A stretch of 52,217 nt of DNA, taken from positions 1 to 52,217 of the IMG/VR virus record IMGVR_UViG_3300020034_000023. One strand, written 5' to 3'. The notes below the pieces were generated by a model that saw nothing but the letters and a program-made list of their open reading frames with translations, did not search any database and was not told where the DNA came from. Below, one piece after another: positions 9,929 through 20,545 of the stretch; the stretch's first letter is position 1; every line of letters starts with the position of its first letter. Source of the stretch: a virus. Its lineage: Duplodnaviria > Caudoviricetes. Made by a program: the position numbers and the translations under genes.

Positions 9929-10636
9929 TTACGATTTCGGGGGTTCCAACAGCTTCCGGAAGTTCTGCACGAGCTGTTTCAGTTCGGCGTTCTCCCGATC
10001 CACTTGGAGCACCCAGTCCCGTAGCTCGGTCAACCCCGCGATGCAGTCATCCAGTGTGGAGGCGGCTGCCATCATCGGGGTCACCTTGGAGAGCGATTCA
10101 GGGATGTCCCCCGTGCGCATTTTGCGCTTGACCAAACTGATGGCCTGCGCGAGTGACGCATGGGTCGTGGGGATGCCCTCTTCGCGTGCAATTGATTGCA
10201 ATCGGTGGGCTTCGTCGGCACTCCCTTTGGAGAGGTCCGGGGGATGGCGCTTCAGAAGGTCTTGGATCGCGCCTTTGGCGGCGACTTGCTTGGGGCCTTT
10301 CCCGTTGCCGTTCCCATTCCCTGAGTGCGGGGGGAACAGGTCGTAGAGCAGCTGGCGCACCGCCCGATGGTTCTTGCGGTTGATGTAGGTCGCATGCACG
10401 CGCCGCGCTTCCTTCGTGAGCTGATCGTAGATCGGCGGGGGGATGCCATCGGTCAGAACAAACGCCTTGGTCTTCGGGGGAATCTTCGTGATGATGTCTT
10501 GCACCGGCACCCCGGACTGGGCCTCGATCCAATGCACGCGTGGGTGACGGGCGAATTCTGCGTTGGGGGTTTGTTCTTTGCCGAGAAACACGCACGTGAA
10601 TTCATCCTCGCCGATGACGACCTTCGAGTCTTCCAT
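9929..10636 (-). CDS. Hypothetical protein with coiled-coil C-terminus
   Basis: Long ORF with AAGGGAG SD before MEDSKVV. Confidence 0.7.
   Translation of the reverse strand: MEDSKVVIGEDEFTCVFLGKEQTPNAEFARHPRVHWIEAQSGVPVQDIITKIPPKTKAFVLTDGIPPPIYDQLTKEARRVHATYINRKNHRAVRQLLYDLFPPHSGNGNGNGKGPKQVAAKGAIQDLLKRHPPDLSKGSADEAHRLQSIAREEGIPTTHASLAQAISLVKRKMRTGDIPESLSKVTPMMAAASTLDDCIAGLTELRDWVLQVDRENAELKQLVQNFRKLLEPPKS
10187..10200. promoter_or_regulatory. TGCA-box, intragenic (encodes LQSIA)
   Basis: Exact consensus match. Confidence 0.75.
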
Positions 10637-10721
10637 AACACTCCCTTGTTGAATGGGAGGAGGAGTGGGCGGGGAGCCCACCCTCCAGTAGCGATCCGCC
10701 GTGACGTAGACCACGACTAAA

Positions 10722-10799
10722 TGGTAGGGTGGACCGGGCTCGAACCGGCAAGTCTAGGCTTTGCGGGCTCTAGGTGTTTGTCCTTTTCACCACCACCCT
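10722..10799 (-). tRNA. Atypical tRNA-like gene (Leu-like body, single irregular anticodon/variable arm)
   Basis: 7-bp acceptor AGGGTGG/CCACCCT, A73, encoded CCA, T-arm GCCGG-TTCGAGC-CCGGT, D-arm GTG..GG..CAC. Confidence 0.75.
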
Positions 10800-12680
10800 G
10801 TGTGAGACGACGACGCTTCCGGAGCGACCGCTCGACCGACCGCTCAATTTCATCATGCACGACCCGCTGCAACTCGGAGGTCTCTTCGGTCATCTGCCCG
10901 GTCTGGCTGAACCCTCCGAAACTTTTGGCGGGGACATGCTCTGCCACCTTCTGTGCGACTCGGCAGAAGATGGCATTGGCCTCTCTTCGTGACAAGCCCA
11001 CAGCGGTGGCGCAGCGCCGAGTGTAGCCGAGCAAACCTCTGAATGTCATCGCTTTTTCCTACTCCGTGCCTTGGCCTTCCGTTTCGCTTTCTTGGTGGTC
11101 GCATCGAGCATGGTGCCACCCGCATCCGCGATTTCTTTGAGCAGGCACTTGAAGTCCTTCCGACCCAACACGGTCAATTTCAAGTAGACCGCATCCTCCT
11201 CGGGAGGACAGATGGTGATGTCGAAATGCTTGCCGTCACTGCCGCTGATGATTGAGCCTTTGATGTCCTTACTACTGGAGAAATGCTTCTCAACTGTGAT
11301 CATCGGTTCCCCTCCACTGGTTTATCTACCGGCTCCAACGCGACGGCGAAGGTCCGTACAAGGTCGCACTTCACGGTGATGGTCGGCTTCCCTCTGAGCG
11401 CCCGCTTCTCGATGGCATAGGCGTGCCGGTCGCCCATCTGCACATCGACCAGACAGTAGGGGCAGTTGAACGGCACGAACAACTTTTCTTTGGGCTCCTC
11501 TTGGCTCATTTGAGACTCGCCTTCGCTTTGCTAATCAGCCACTTCTTTTTGGCCACGTCTTCCCGGTGATAAGTGAGGGTCAACGCCTGACTCCGTACCT
11601 CCACGCCATCCGCCTCGAACATCACGTGCGTGATCCCAGCCTCCACCCCCTCCAGATACGCATGGCGAATCAAGGCGGACACCTCTGACGTGAGACTGTC
11701 CACGATCTGTTTCACACCCGCCATCTACTCGCCCTCCACCACACCCACACGGATGTGCGCCATCGCACCAATCGGCTTCCCCTTCGAGACTCGCATCCGT
11801 GCCCACGCACCACAGAGCTTGTCCGCCGCGCGCGCCCCCTGCACCACGACGCGATGCAGCTCCACCGTCTTGTCCGGGTAAGTGGTGGCGAATGTCACCA
11901 GCACCGGCATCTCGACCGCCGCCCAGATCGACTGACGTCCCTCATGGATCGCGATGCGCCGCACAATCTCGTACGCGTCCAGCAACTCTGGCTTGACCAG
12001 ATCATCGGGGATGGGATGGCCGAGCGCGTCGCAACTCATGTCTTTTTAACCGGCGCAGCCACGTCGTCGTGCTGTGCTTTGAGCGGTGTGGCGAACTCCG
12101 AAGCCGGGGCCACCACCGGATCGGCCAGTTTCTCGGGCACCGGCACATCGGCCAACGTCCCGCGCTTCAGGACGGCCGACCAGAACTGCAACCATGGCCC
12201 GCTCATGTCGGTCACCTTCTGATCGGGGAAGCCCGCTCGAAAGGCTGTCTTCAGATCCTTCACGCTGATCGTCACGACTTTCGTTGCCTGCGCCATTCAC
12301 CTCTCCTCCGGCAGCCACGTGTTAGTGCGTGCCCGCGTAAACAAAGCCTTGACTCGCCCCGCCCAGAGCCCCGCCTCACGCGTCGCGAGCCGAGACACGT
12401 TCCCATCCTGCACTATCGTGGGGATCACCCACACGGCATCGAGCACGAGGTCTGAAGCGGCTTTCTCCAAGAGGGTCAGATCCGGCTTCAGGTAGAAGAC
12501 CGGGCCGTCGCCCCCTGTCTCAGACTCGTCGGCATGCGGCTGGCAAATGAGCACCGCCCGATGGGTATCGTCCGCGCGCACATAGACCCCCACGGCTGGT
12601 TGGCCGCACACGGTGTCATCATCGTTGTGAAATTCACACGTCGATTTGAACACGGTGATATAGCGGGTGGCGTTCATGAT
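10800..12680 (-). other. Cluster of small hypothetical genes (11046..11303, 11300..11509, 11506..11724, 11725..12039, 12036..12296, 12297..12677)
   Basis: Head-to-tail ORFs with ATGA/TAATG overlaps and SD motifs. Confidence 0.65.
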
Positions 12681-12715
12681 GGCTTCACTCCTTGAAGTCG
12701 TGCGATGGAATTCCG

Positions 12716-12919
12716 TTACGCGACGTCTTCCAGATCCACGTAGGCCCGCAGCGACGCGAGCGCATCCGGATACGTGGGAGCCGCGAAGACTCCGTTGTGC
12801 ATCGCCTTCACCTCGTCGGCCCGACCCGCTTGCTTCAGGGCCTTGGCGACTTGGTTGACGAGCGAGAAAATGTTACCACTGTATTTCGCAGTATTGATGG
12901 TCAATTTGGGCTTCGACAT
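12716..12919 (-). CDS. Small conserved phage protein
   Basis: GNIFSL...V.KALK.AG...Y.DAL pattern; own promoter and SD. Confidence 0.65.
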   Translation of the reverse strand: MSKPKLTINTAKYSGNIFSLVNQVAKALKQAGRADEVKAMHNGVFAAPTYPDALASLRAYVDLEDVA

Positions 12920-12951
12920 AGCCACTCCATTGGAATTGTTGACGTGGGATC

Positions 12952-12995
12952 AGTCTACCACGCACCCAAAGGTTTGTCAAGTGCAACTGATTGCA
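12952..12995 (-). promoter_or_regulatory. Promoter with TGCA-box 1 bp upstream of -35
   Basis: Box at 12982-12995; TTGACA-17-TAGACT. Confidence 0.85.
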
Positions 12996-13001
12996 CAGGT
13001 T

Positions 13002-15040
13002 TTACACGTCGATTGACAGTTTTTCCACAAGCCACTGGGCCTGCGCCGGAGAGCACCCCACGGTCGTCACCAGCCACGAGACCGGATTATGCACCGCATG
13101 ATCCTCCGGGGTCATGGACTGGAGCGCGAGCCGTCCCAGTCGGATGGCAGCAGTTTGCTGGATGGGCGTGAGTTCACCGAGCGTCATGAATCTTCCTCGC
13201 CTTCTCCGTGCGCAACAGCATTTCCGAGATGCTACCATAGTTGCCGCACAGATCCGCCGCCGTCACCGTCACGGTCTCCGGCACCTCCAGCGCCATCCAG
13301 TGTCGCTGATCCTCCGGGTCCACATCCTGCGCCGCGTAGAGCACCCCGCTTTCGGGCGACTGATAGAGTATCGGCATCACAGATCCTTTCGCGTATCGTG
13401 TGTCACGAACGTCACCCACCCGAGCCGCTGGGCCAGCTGCCCCATGGTGAACTTGTCCTTGTGACGGTTCCAGAATCCCCGGCAGCACGCGGTCTTCGAG
13501 TGGTGGCAGATGCGGAACCCGCCGAAGTATCCCTCCATATGCTTGTCGGCGATCTGGGCTTCGAGGTTCGGCACGTCGAAGTGCGAATTCTTCCGGTAGA
13601 TGCAGGTCTTACACTGCGCCGCTTGCACCTCAAACGCCTCCATGATTACCTCCCCAGACACTCGCGATACAGATGGTGCAGCCAGCGGGACACAGAATAC
13701 CAGCCCCGGTAACCACAGACTCCGCAGTGTATCCGCTTCATGCGCTTAGGTACTTTCATCGCGTCGGGGCGTCTGAGGTCTCCTTCGGGTCTGCTCCGGT
13801 CACCGTGTAGCCGCCGACCACCAAATCGAACTCGACGCGGGCACTCTCGTAGTACACCCAGCTCGCATCGTCGTAGGTGGGACCGGGAATGTGGACATCC
13901 GCGTCATCCTCGATCTGGGCGACCAGCGTCTTGAAGTCTCGGCCTTTCATCGTTTCCTCCACCACACTACGACGTCATGCACGAGCGCGATGGGCAACAG
14001 GATTGGCAATGCCACCAGCCACGTGATCGCAAACGCGGTCAACTCGATGATCTGCGTCAGCTCCCACCGCATGTGTGTCCATCTCATGGCTTGAACCGCG
14101 TGCCTTTCAACGTCTCCCACACCCCCTCCGCACCTGTCGGCCACCCCGGTCGATTTTCCTCCAAAAACTGGAATACGGAGTGGCAGTTGGCGCACATCCA
14201 TCCCTGCCCACTCGCGTGCGGTTCACCGGTCTCTTCCACGACGTCCTGCACCCTGATGAAGCCGATGGCCTCCTCACACTGCGGGCACACCTTAATGTTT
14301 TCCGGCATTCCGTTTCCTCATCCCTGCACCGTGCTCAGGAGGTTCTCCATTTAGTTCCCCTTACTGGCGTCATACGCCCGATCCGAGTCGGTATCGCACT
14401 GGGGGCAACTGCCGGGAGTCTTGCCGTGCGCACACGTTTTGCACGCGGCATACGGCCAGCGGTTGTTCCAGAGAGCTTTTCCACACCCCACACAATGATG
14501 CGTGGGCGGGGTCGGCACGAACGGCATCTATTCCTCCATCCCGTAACCTTGCAGCCGGTCGTAAATGAAGAGTCGAAACACGCGATCCACAATCTCGGGG
14601 TCCGTCACCTCGTTGCCGTCCTTGTCCGCCACCATCGGCATACCCCAGCACGCCTGCGCCTTGTCGCTGAGCGTCACCCAGTGGACGCCATACTTCGAGT
14701 TAATACGCACACGCTTCGGTTTCGGCTTCGCTCGCGACTTCCGGGGCTTGACGTTGCAACCCGCGCAGAAGGCGGTTCGGCAGTGCGGATTCAGACACAT
14801 CACCATCGTTGCCTCCACTCAGGGGCCGGTCGTGTCGGGATCGGGTTCCATCAACGTCGTCATGTCGCAGTAGCACTGCGTGCAGACCGTGAGCACGTCG
14901 TATTCAGCCGGACTCGAAGACGTCTGAGGGAACGTCGGATTCGCCAGCGTTTCCCCGCCATCCTCTAAGGGTCGGCCGCAGCGGTCGCACGTCGGGGCTA
15001 ACGGCCCATGCGCGTGATTGAGTTTAGCGTTGAGCATCAT
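13002..15040 (-). other. Cluster of small, mostly Cys-rich hypothetical genes
   Basis: ORFs 13377..13661, 13756..13965, 14084..14308, 14528..14818, 14819..15040, most with CxxC pairs. Confidence 0.6.
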
Positions 15041-15064
15041 AGCGTCACTCCTTTGACTCTGCCC

Positions 15065-15093
15065 AGTATAGCACCTATCGTGCCGTTTGTCAA
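15065..15093 (-). promoter_or_regulatory. sigma70-type promoter
   Basis: TTGACA-17-TATACT. Confidence 0.85.
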
Positions 15094-15644
15094 TGCTCAG
15101 CCTTGAGCCGCCCTTCGACGTCGGCCAGCTCCGCTGCCTCCAGCTGCACCTTCAAGTCGGCGACCGCCGTATCCGCCTCCGTGACAACCTTCCGGGCCTT
15201 GGCCAGCTCCTCTTCCGCTGCCACGAGTCGGCCTTCGAGATACGTCCGCTGGGCGACCAGCAGAGCGAGGGGGTTCTTTTTAACCCACACCTGCACCGCA
15301 GGCTCCACCGCCGCCAGCATCGTATCCTTCGCGTGCGTGGTGGCATCCGTCCACCCGTCCTGCCGCGTCGCGTAGAGGTCACGCCGACGATCCCACGGTG
15401 ACGCGAGCCGCTTCGGCTCCGTCAGGCGATAGTTGCCATCCGTGGCGAACTCCCGGCCGACGTGGAAGAGTCCATCCTCCCAGAGGTGGAGGTGGGCACT
15501 CATCTTGTAGCTCACCCCCCGTGTGGCGAGCACGCCTTCGGCATAGAGATGATCCGCCTGCGTGGGGCGCACCGTCAGGACACCCAGCTTCGTGCCGACC
15601 GCATAATCCGTGTAAGCCATGGTCTCCTCAGTAGGCCGGGGCAT
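15090..15644 (-). CDS. Hypothetical protein with C-terminal coiled coil
   Basis: ORF track; heptad-like C-terminus; GAGGAG SD before an alternative start (MAYTD). Confidence 0.65.
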   Translation of the reverse strand: MPRPTEETMAYTDYAVGTKLGVLTVRPTQADHLYAEGVLATRGVSYKMSAHLHLWEDGLFHVGREFATDGNYRLTEPKRLASPWDRRRDLYATRQDGWTDATTHAKDTMLAAVEPAVQVWVKKNPLALLVAQRTYLEGRLVAAEEELAKARKVVTEADTAVADLKVQLEAAELADVEGRLKAEH

Positions 15645-15840
15645 TCACCGTCACGGTGAACCCGGCTGTCCGCAATTTCGTGGCGAGCGCATCGGCGGCT
15701 GCCTGCCCATCCGCTCGGAGGCTGGCATCCCAGCCGGTGCCGTCGAACGCCTGTCCAGCGGCCCGTTCCACCGCCTGCCGGAACCGGAGCACATCGCGCC
15801 AGCAGACACCGGGCGAGTGCGTCACGCGGACATTGAACAT
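15628..15840 (-). CDS. Hypothetical protein
   Basis: AAAGGAG SD before MFNVRVTH. Confidence 0.6.
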   Translation of the reverse strand: MFNVRVTHSPGVCWRDVLRFRQAVERAAGQAFDGTGWDASLRADGQAAADALATKLRTAGFTVTVNAPAY

Positions 15841-15869
15841 GTGAGGCTCCTTTGTCGAGCGGGAGGATG

Positions 15870-16072
15870 CTTGGGTAACTCTTACGACTCGTTGCCACAG
15901 ACGGACTTGAACCGTCACCGCACATCCACCCCGCTCTGAGTTGGGTGCTCGTCGCGCCGTTCAGGGAATCGAACCCTGACCCCGTTGGCACTTCGACTTC
16001 GCTGGGTTCAGCAGCGTCGTCTCCGCGTGAACCCCTCTGGGGATTGCCGACCCGGCGTGACCAACACCCTAC
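15870..16072 (-). ncRNA. Structured leader RNA with two tRNA-type T-arms
   Basis: CAGGG-TTCGATT-CCCTG and GACGG-TTCAAGT-CCGTC; 5' GGGTGTTGGTC pairs with GACGAGCACCC. Confidence 0.6.
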
Positions 16073-16078
16073 TCTCTG

Positions 16079-16131
16079 ATCTTACACCCTCTTCTAGAAT
16101 TTGTCAAGTCGAAGGATTGCAATTGAATGCA
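16079..16131 (-). promoter_or_regulatory. Promoter with TGCA-box 10 bp upstream of -35
   Basis: TTGACA-17-TAAGAT; box TGCAATTGAATGCA at 16118-16131. Confidence 0.8.
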
Positions 16132-16301
16132 GGAAGTGGGCACGGTGCCCACCTCCCACCTTCTCCATCACCGAGGTTTCCGTACTTCCTTGTCGTGGTA
16201 TGCGGCTTCCTGACAGTAACTGCCCCCGCACGTGACGCTGTAGCCTTCCGGCCGAGGGCTGCCACAGTAGCGGCACACCCCGTTAGTCACCTTCCGCTCT
16301 G

Positions 16302-16484
16302 TCATGCTGTCTCCTTTTTGACCCGTCGCTTCACCAGCTTCACCGGGTAGGGGGTGTTGTCGCGATACTCCTTCCGCACCCGCCGCCCGTCCGCCGCCGT
16401 CTCCTCGGTCACCTCGTGCTCCCAGCCCTTGCCGTAGTGGACCCAGAGCTGCCACTCGTCGGTCGTTTTGCGCGTGTAAACCAT
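16302..16484 (-). CDS. Hypothetical protein
   Basis: AAAGGAGG SD; 60 aa. Confidence 0.65.
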   Translation of the reverse strand: MVYTRKTTDEWQLWVHYGKGWEHEVTEETAADGRRVRKEYRDNTPYPVKLVKRRVKKETA

Positions 16485-16496
16485 GCGCCCCTCCTT

Positions 16497-16826
16497 TCAG
16501 CTCTTCGCCTTGTAGGCAGCGGGTCCGTTGAGGTAGTTGACTCCGTAGACGTGGACCGCATCCTGTCCCGCGTTCACGTAGACCGAGCCGCGTGCGTGCT
16601 TCGCGGGCTTCTTCCACCCCTCCGCCTTCAGCACATTGCCGGTGCTCCGTTCCACGAAGGCGAAGACGCTGCGCTGGCCGTGGCCCGAGCTGACGACCCG
16701 CACATACTTCCGGCCGTCCGGGTCCACGCTGAGTGTGGGCGTCGGCTCCCCGGCGTAGTGGGCATCGAGCTTCGCCTGCGTGGCGGCGACGAAGACGGTG
16801 AGGGCGGCATCGAATGGGTTGGTCAT
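16497..16826 (-). CDS. Conserved phage protein
   Basis: GRKY.RVV...SVFAFVE..TG.VLKA.GWKKPAK..RG pattern; CAAGGAG SD. Confidence 0.75.
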   Translation of the reverse strand: MTNPFDAALTVFVAATQAKLDAHYAGEPTPTLSVDPDGRKYVRVVSSGHGQRSVFAFVERSTGNVLKAEGWKKPAKHARGSVYVNAGQDAVHVYGVNYLNGPAAYKAKS

Positions 16827-16857
16827 GCGTCACTCCTTGACTGTTGACTACTCTTTG

Positions 16858-16901
16858 ATCTTACACCCTCTTCTCCGATTTGTCAACTGCACTCAATTGC
16901 A
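16858..16901 (-). promoter_or_regulatory. Promoter with TGCA-box 1 bp upstream of -35
   Basis: TTGACA-17-TAAGAT; box at 16888-16901. Confidence 0.85.
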
Positions 16902-16940
16902 ATTGGAGCGGGGTGAGCCCCATGCCCACCCCTCCCCGAC

Positions 16941-17366
16941 TTACCCCTTCTTCGCCTTCTTGGCCTTCCCCGCCGCCCGCGCCTTGGCCAGTCCCTTGAT
17001 GGCGGCTGCCCGGACTTCCGGCCGCTGCAACGGAGACTCGATCCCCTGCTCCTTTCGCACCTCGGCGAGCAGTCGCCCCGCCTTCCGGCGACTCATTGTC
17101 CCGAGCGACTCCCGCTGACGGGCGATGGTGTCCGCCACGTTGGACGGGATGACGATCCGCTGGCTGCCGTTCCGGTCCACATACTGGAGGAAGATGGTGT
17201 CGCCCTGATCCCGGCGTCGCACCGTCTGCACGATGAACGTCTGGGCCGAGCCCACAAGGGGGGACGTCGCCAGTAAGGTGGTCGGCTTAGTCCGCACCGC
17301 ATCCGGTAAGCCGTCGAGCGATCCCATCATGCGGTCGAAGTCATCGAGTCTTGTGCTATCGTCCAT
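16941..17366 (-). CDS. Hypothetical protein with basic C-terminus
   Basis: CAAGGAG SD; own promoter. Confidence 0.7.
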   Translation of the reverse strand: MDDSTRLDDFDRMMGSLDGLPDAVRTKPTTLLATSPLVGSAQTFIVQTVRRRDQGDTIFLQYVDRNGSQRIVIPSNVADTIARQRESLGTMSRRKAGRLLAEVRKEQGIESPLQRPEVRAAAIKGLAKARAAGKAKKAKKG

Positions 17367-17415
17367 ACACGCTCCTTGAGGTCACTCCATTGACGGAATG
17401 TCAATTCCTCACATG

Positions 17416-17445
17416 ATCATATCACACAAACATCCCGTTTGTCAA
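17416..17445 (-). promoter_or_regulatory. Leftward promoter of a divergent pair
   Basis: TTGACA-18-TATGAT. Confidence 0.75.
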
Positions 17446-17476
17446 GTAGGCCGTATTTGCTAAGGATTTTGAGGAC

Positions 17477-17505
17477 TTGACAAACTCGTTGCGTTGTGAT
17501 ATGCT
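17477..17505 (+). promoter_or_regulatory. Rightward promoter (only plus-strand promoter seen)
   Basis: TTGACA-17-TATGCT with extended -10 TG. Confidence 0.85.
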
Positions 17506-17514
17506 TATTGGACA

Positions 17515-17679
17515 ATGAATAGCACACACCGCTCGTTCAGGGCCGGGGTTGCCCGCTTGGTGCAGGAGTTCAGTGGGGGCTACCACCTCGTGGGTCCGGA
17601 TGGGACAGTCGCGCGCTTCTCGCTGTCGCTGGAGAAAGCCCTCGCGTATGCACAGGCTCGGGGATGGGAGGTGCGATGA
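17515..17679 (+). CDS. 54-aa microprotein (not in the ORF track)
   Basis: MNSTHRSFRAGVARLVQEFSGGYHLVGPDGTVARFSLSLEKALAYAQARGWEVR*, starting 9 nt after the -10. Confidence 0.65.
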   Translation: MNSTHRSFRAGVARLVQEFSGGYHLVGPDGTVARFSLSLEKALAYAQARGWEVR

Positions 17680-17765
17680 CGTTCACCCCCGAAATGTCGT
17701 GGCGGCTGGTCTTTGTGCCCGCTGTCGCCTTTCTCGCCTCCCTCGTCTGGATGGCGTTCGCTTAG
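17676..17765 (+). CDS. 29-aa single-TM peptide (not in the ORF track)
   Basis: GGAGG SD, ATGA coupling; MTFTPEMSWRLVFVPAVAFLASLVWMAFA*; stop overlaps the convergent stop at 17762. Confidence 0.65.
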   Translation: MTFTPEMSWRLVFVPAVAFLASLVWMAFA

Positions 17766-20473
17766 CTGGACGCGGGCCGGGGCCTGAACTTCGCGGGCAC
17801 CGGCAGCGCCCCGGTCGTGATGTCTTCCTTCAACATCTGGATCGCATGGGCGGCACGCTGGTAGGCGTGTCGCTCGTAGGGGTTCCCCGCCTCCTCTTCC
17901 TTCGCCCACTCGTGATACATCTCAATCGCCGCATCACACAGGGCTTCCACCCGTTCCGGCTCCGTCAAGGGACGCTTCACCGGCTCCGGCTTGGGCATGG
18001 GCTCGGGCACTGCCGACTTCAGACGTTTCATCTCCACGGACTGCACCGGCACCACATGGTCGCCGTCCAGCCGCACGCGAGTCCACCGCCCGGTCACCTG
18101 AATCACCGTGCCTTTGTTCAGATGCGCAGGCTCCCCTTGCCGACGTGCCCAGTACTCCACCCGCTGCCCCACCAGAATGATATCCATGGTGTTACTCGTG
18201 CGACGGGGCCTGCTTCGGGGCCTTCCCCGGATTCGCCGACAACTTACCCAGATCCGTGCGCCGTTGAATGAGGGTGTCGCGAATCACCTTGTCGGGGGCG
18301 AGGGTATCGACCAGCCCATACAGCTCATCGAACAGGGCCATCACGTGCGGGTTCCAGAAGTTGGCCTCCTGTAGGTCGCCCAGCTCGGTAAGGGCCGCAT
18401 CGCGCTGCTTCGCCAGCTCGTACTGCGGAGTGTGCTCCAGCTCCTTCAGCTTGCACGCCAACGCAGCCTCCCGGTCCTTCAGCATCTTCCAGATGGCCTG
18501 TGCCTGTACAAACGAGGTACACGGCGCGTCATGGTCGCTGAACAACCCATGAAACTGTTCGAGTTCCCCCTCCGCCGCCTTCATGCGCTTCACCGCCGCT
18601 TCATAGGTAATCATACTGGTTCCTTGGGCGGGAGCACCGGGACTCCCTGCTCGATCATCCGTCGATATTCGCTCTGACTCTGCGCCTGAATGGGCTCCTT
18701 CCGGAATGCCTTCAGGTATTCGACCGCCTTCTCCAGCGACCACGCATGCACGGACGTCAAATCCTTGGTCACGTCATCCTTGGTCACGTGTTTACGAATG
18801 GGGGTGTCGCTCCAGTCGATAGAGATGACCCGCTTCCGCCAGCCAATCTCGATGAGCCCGTGCTTGGTCTTCACCAGCCACCACGGCGATTTGAACGACT
18901 GCACCGCAGAATTCAAGAATTCCAGCTGTGGATAGGTGAGTAGCGTCACCCCTTCCTCGTAGACGCGAGGAATGTCGAGATTCTCTGTGCGCGCGGGTCC
19001 GTGATAGCCATTCGGCAGCTGCCACAGGTTGAACACCTCGATCCCCGCGAGGGTGAAGATGGCGCGCGCTTCCGTCTCAGTCATGGCTACTCCTTCGAGG
19101 CGTACACCGAATCCCACCAGACGCGGTTCGGGTTGTTGGACTCTTCTTTGGCACGCGCTGCCGCCTGCTCCGGGTAGAGCGACCGCGTATCATGCCCTTC
19201 AGTCCCGAAGTCTTCCGCAAACTTGTCAGACAACGCTCCGTGGGCCGCGTCGTCAAGGTAAATGTCCCCCTCCTTCGGCATCGAGCGCGCGGCACAGAGC
19301 GCCACCAGCACGCCATCCACCACTCGAATGCGGATGCTCATGGCCCGGTCCCCGCACACTCGGGGGTGTGGGCAAACACCTGCCCGCACTTGCTACAGGG
19401 GGCTCCGTCCGGATACAGTGGCTCCTTTGCGGCGACGGGGGATGCGGTGAGCGCAGCCTCCATAGCGCGAATAACTCTTTCACGCAGTAAGTCATCTTCA
19501 ATAAGAGGCACAACGGCATGAATAAATTTCGTATGCGCGGCCGTCAGCGTCACCTCCAAGGCTTCGGCCCGCACCCACTGGAACTCGTGCTGCTTCGACT
19601 TGTCACGGAGCGCCGCCACGAGAAGCGTCGCGTGGTCCGTCTCTTCCTTCAAGGCCGTCTCTAGGCGCACCCACTCGGCCCGCAGAATCTGGAACATCTG
19701 GGCGTCCATGGCGTCGCGCATCACTTCGTCTGGGAAGCCGTGCCCCTTCAACAGCTTGGGGCCGTGGAGCGCCGCATTCGCCTCCGAGATGCCCTGCATC
19801 TTGAGAAACCGCTCCGTGGCCCATTCGAGGTCGGTCATCGGTGGAACCTCTTACATGGGCACCCCACCACGAGGCAGTGCCGGGGCTTGCTCCCGCGATA
19901 GGCCGACGTTTCGTGTTCCCCCTCGGCGTGCGGGCAACAGGCATCCCTGAACGTCTCCGCCCATGCGGCAAAGGCTTGGGGCTCCAAATCCTTGTTGCCG
20001 GGAATACCGGTAAAGGTCCACTCGTAGGGCTCCCCTCGGTGCAGCCGTTTGGCGCGTGATTCAGTCGTGCCCCCGATGTTGGCGAAGAATCCGGCCTCAA
20101 AGGCACTGCGCACGCGGGTCAACCGACGCAACACCCGGCGCAGCAGTTCCGGCACATTCACCGACTGTGGGACGGTGGACTCCTTGAACATGCGCAGTGC
20201 CCACTCCACCTGCTGATCGATGGGCAGCTGCCATGGATCATCCGCCTTGGCGGCGGCTTCGTCGGCGTCGATCCGCTCTTCGAGATGCTCGTCTTTGGCG
20301 TTGAAGGGGGTGCCGTCCTTGAAACGGGTCTCCTCCTCCGGGTAGTAGGTGCGCACACTATCGGCCACGATGTGGCGAATGTGGGCGTTCTCCAGCGTGT
20401 CTGGTTGCGCCTTGAGCCATGCGAGATTATCCCGCACATGCTGCTCGTAGGTCGCTCGATTGACTTTACTCAT
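17762..20473 (-). other. Hypothetical genes (17762..18187, 18192..18614, 18611..19084, 19087..19341, 19338..19838, 19835..20473)
   Basis: Coupled minus-strand ORFs. Confidence 0.65.
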
Positions 20474-20486
20474 GTCGCAAATCCTC

Positions 20487-20545
20487 TGCACTCAATTGCA
20501 ATGGGTGGCTGGTCCTAGTCTGCCACAAGTAGCAGGATTTGTCAA
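20487..20545 (-). promoter_or_regulatory. Promoter with downstream TGCA-box
   Basis: TTGACA-17-CAGACT; box at 20487-20500. Confidence 0.7.
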
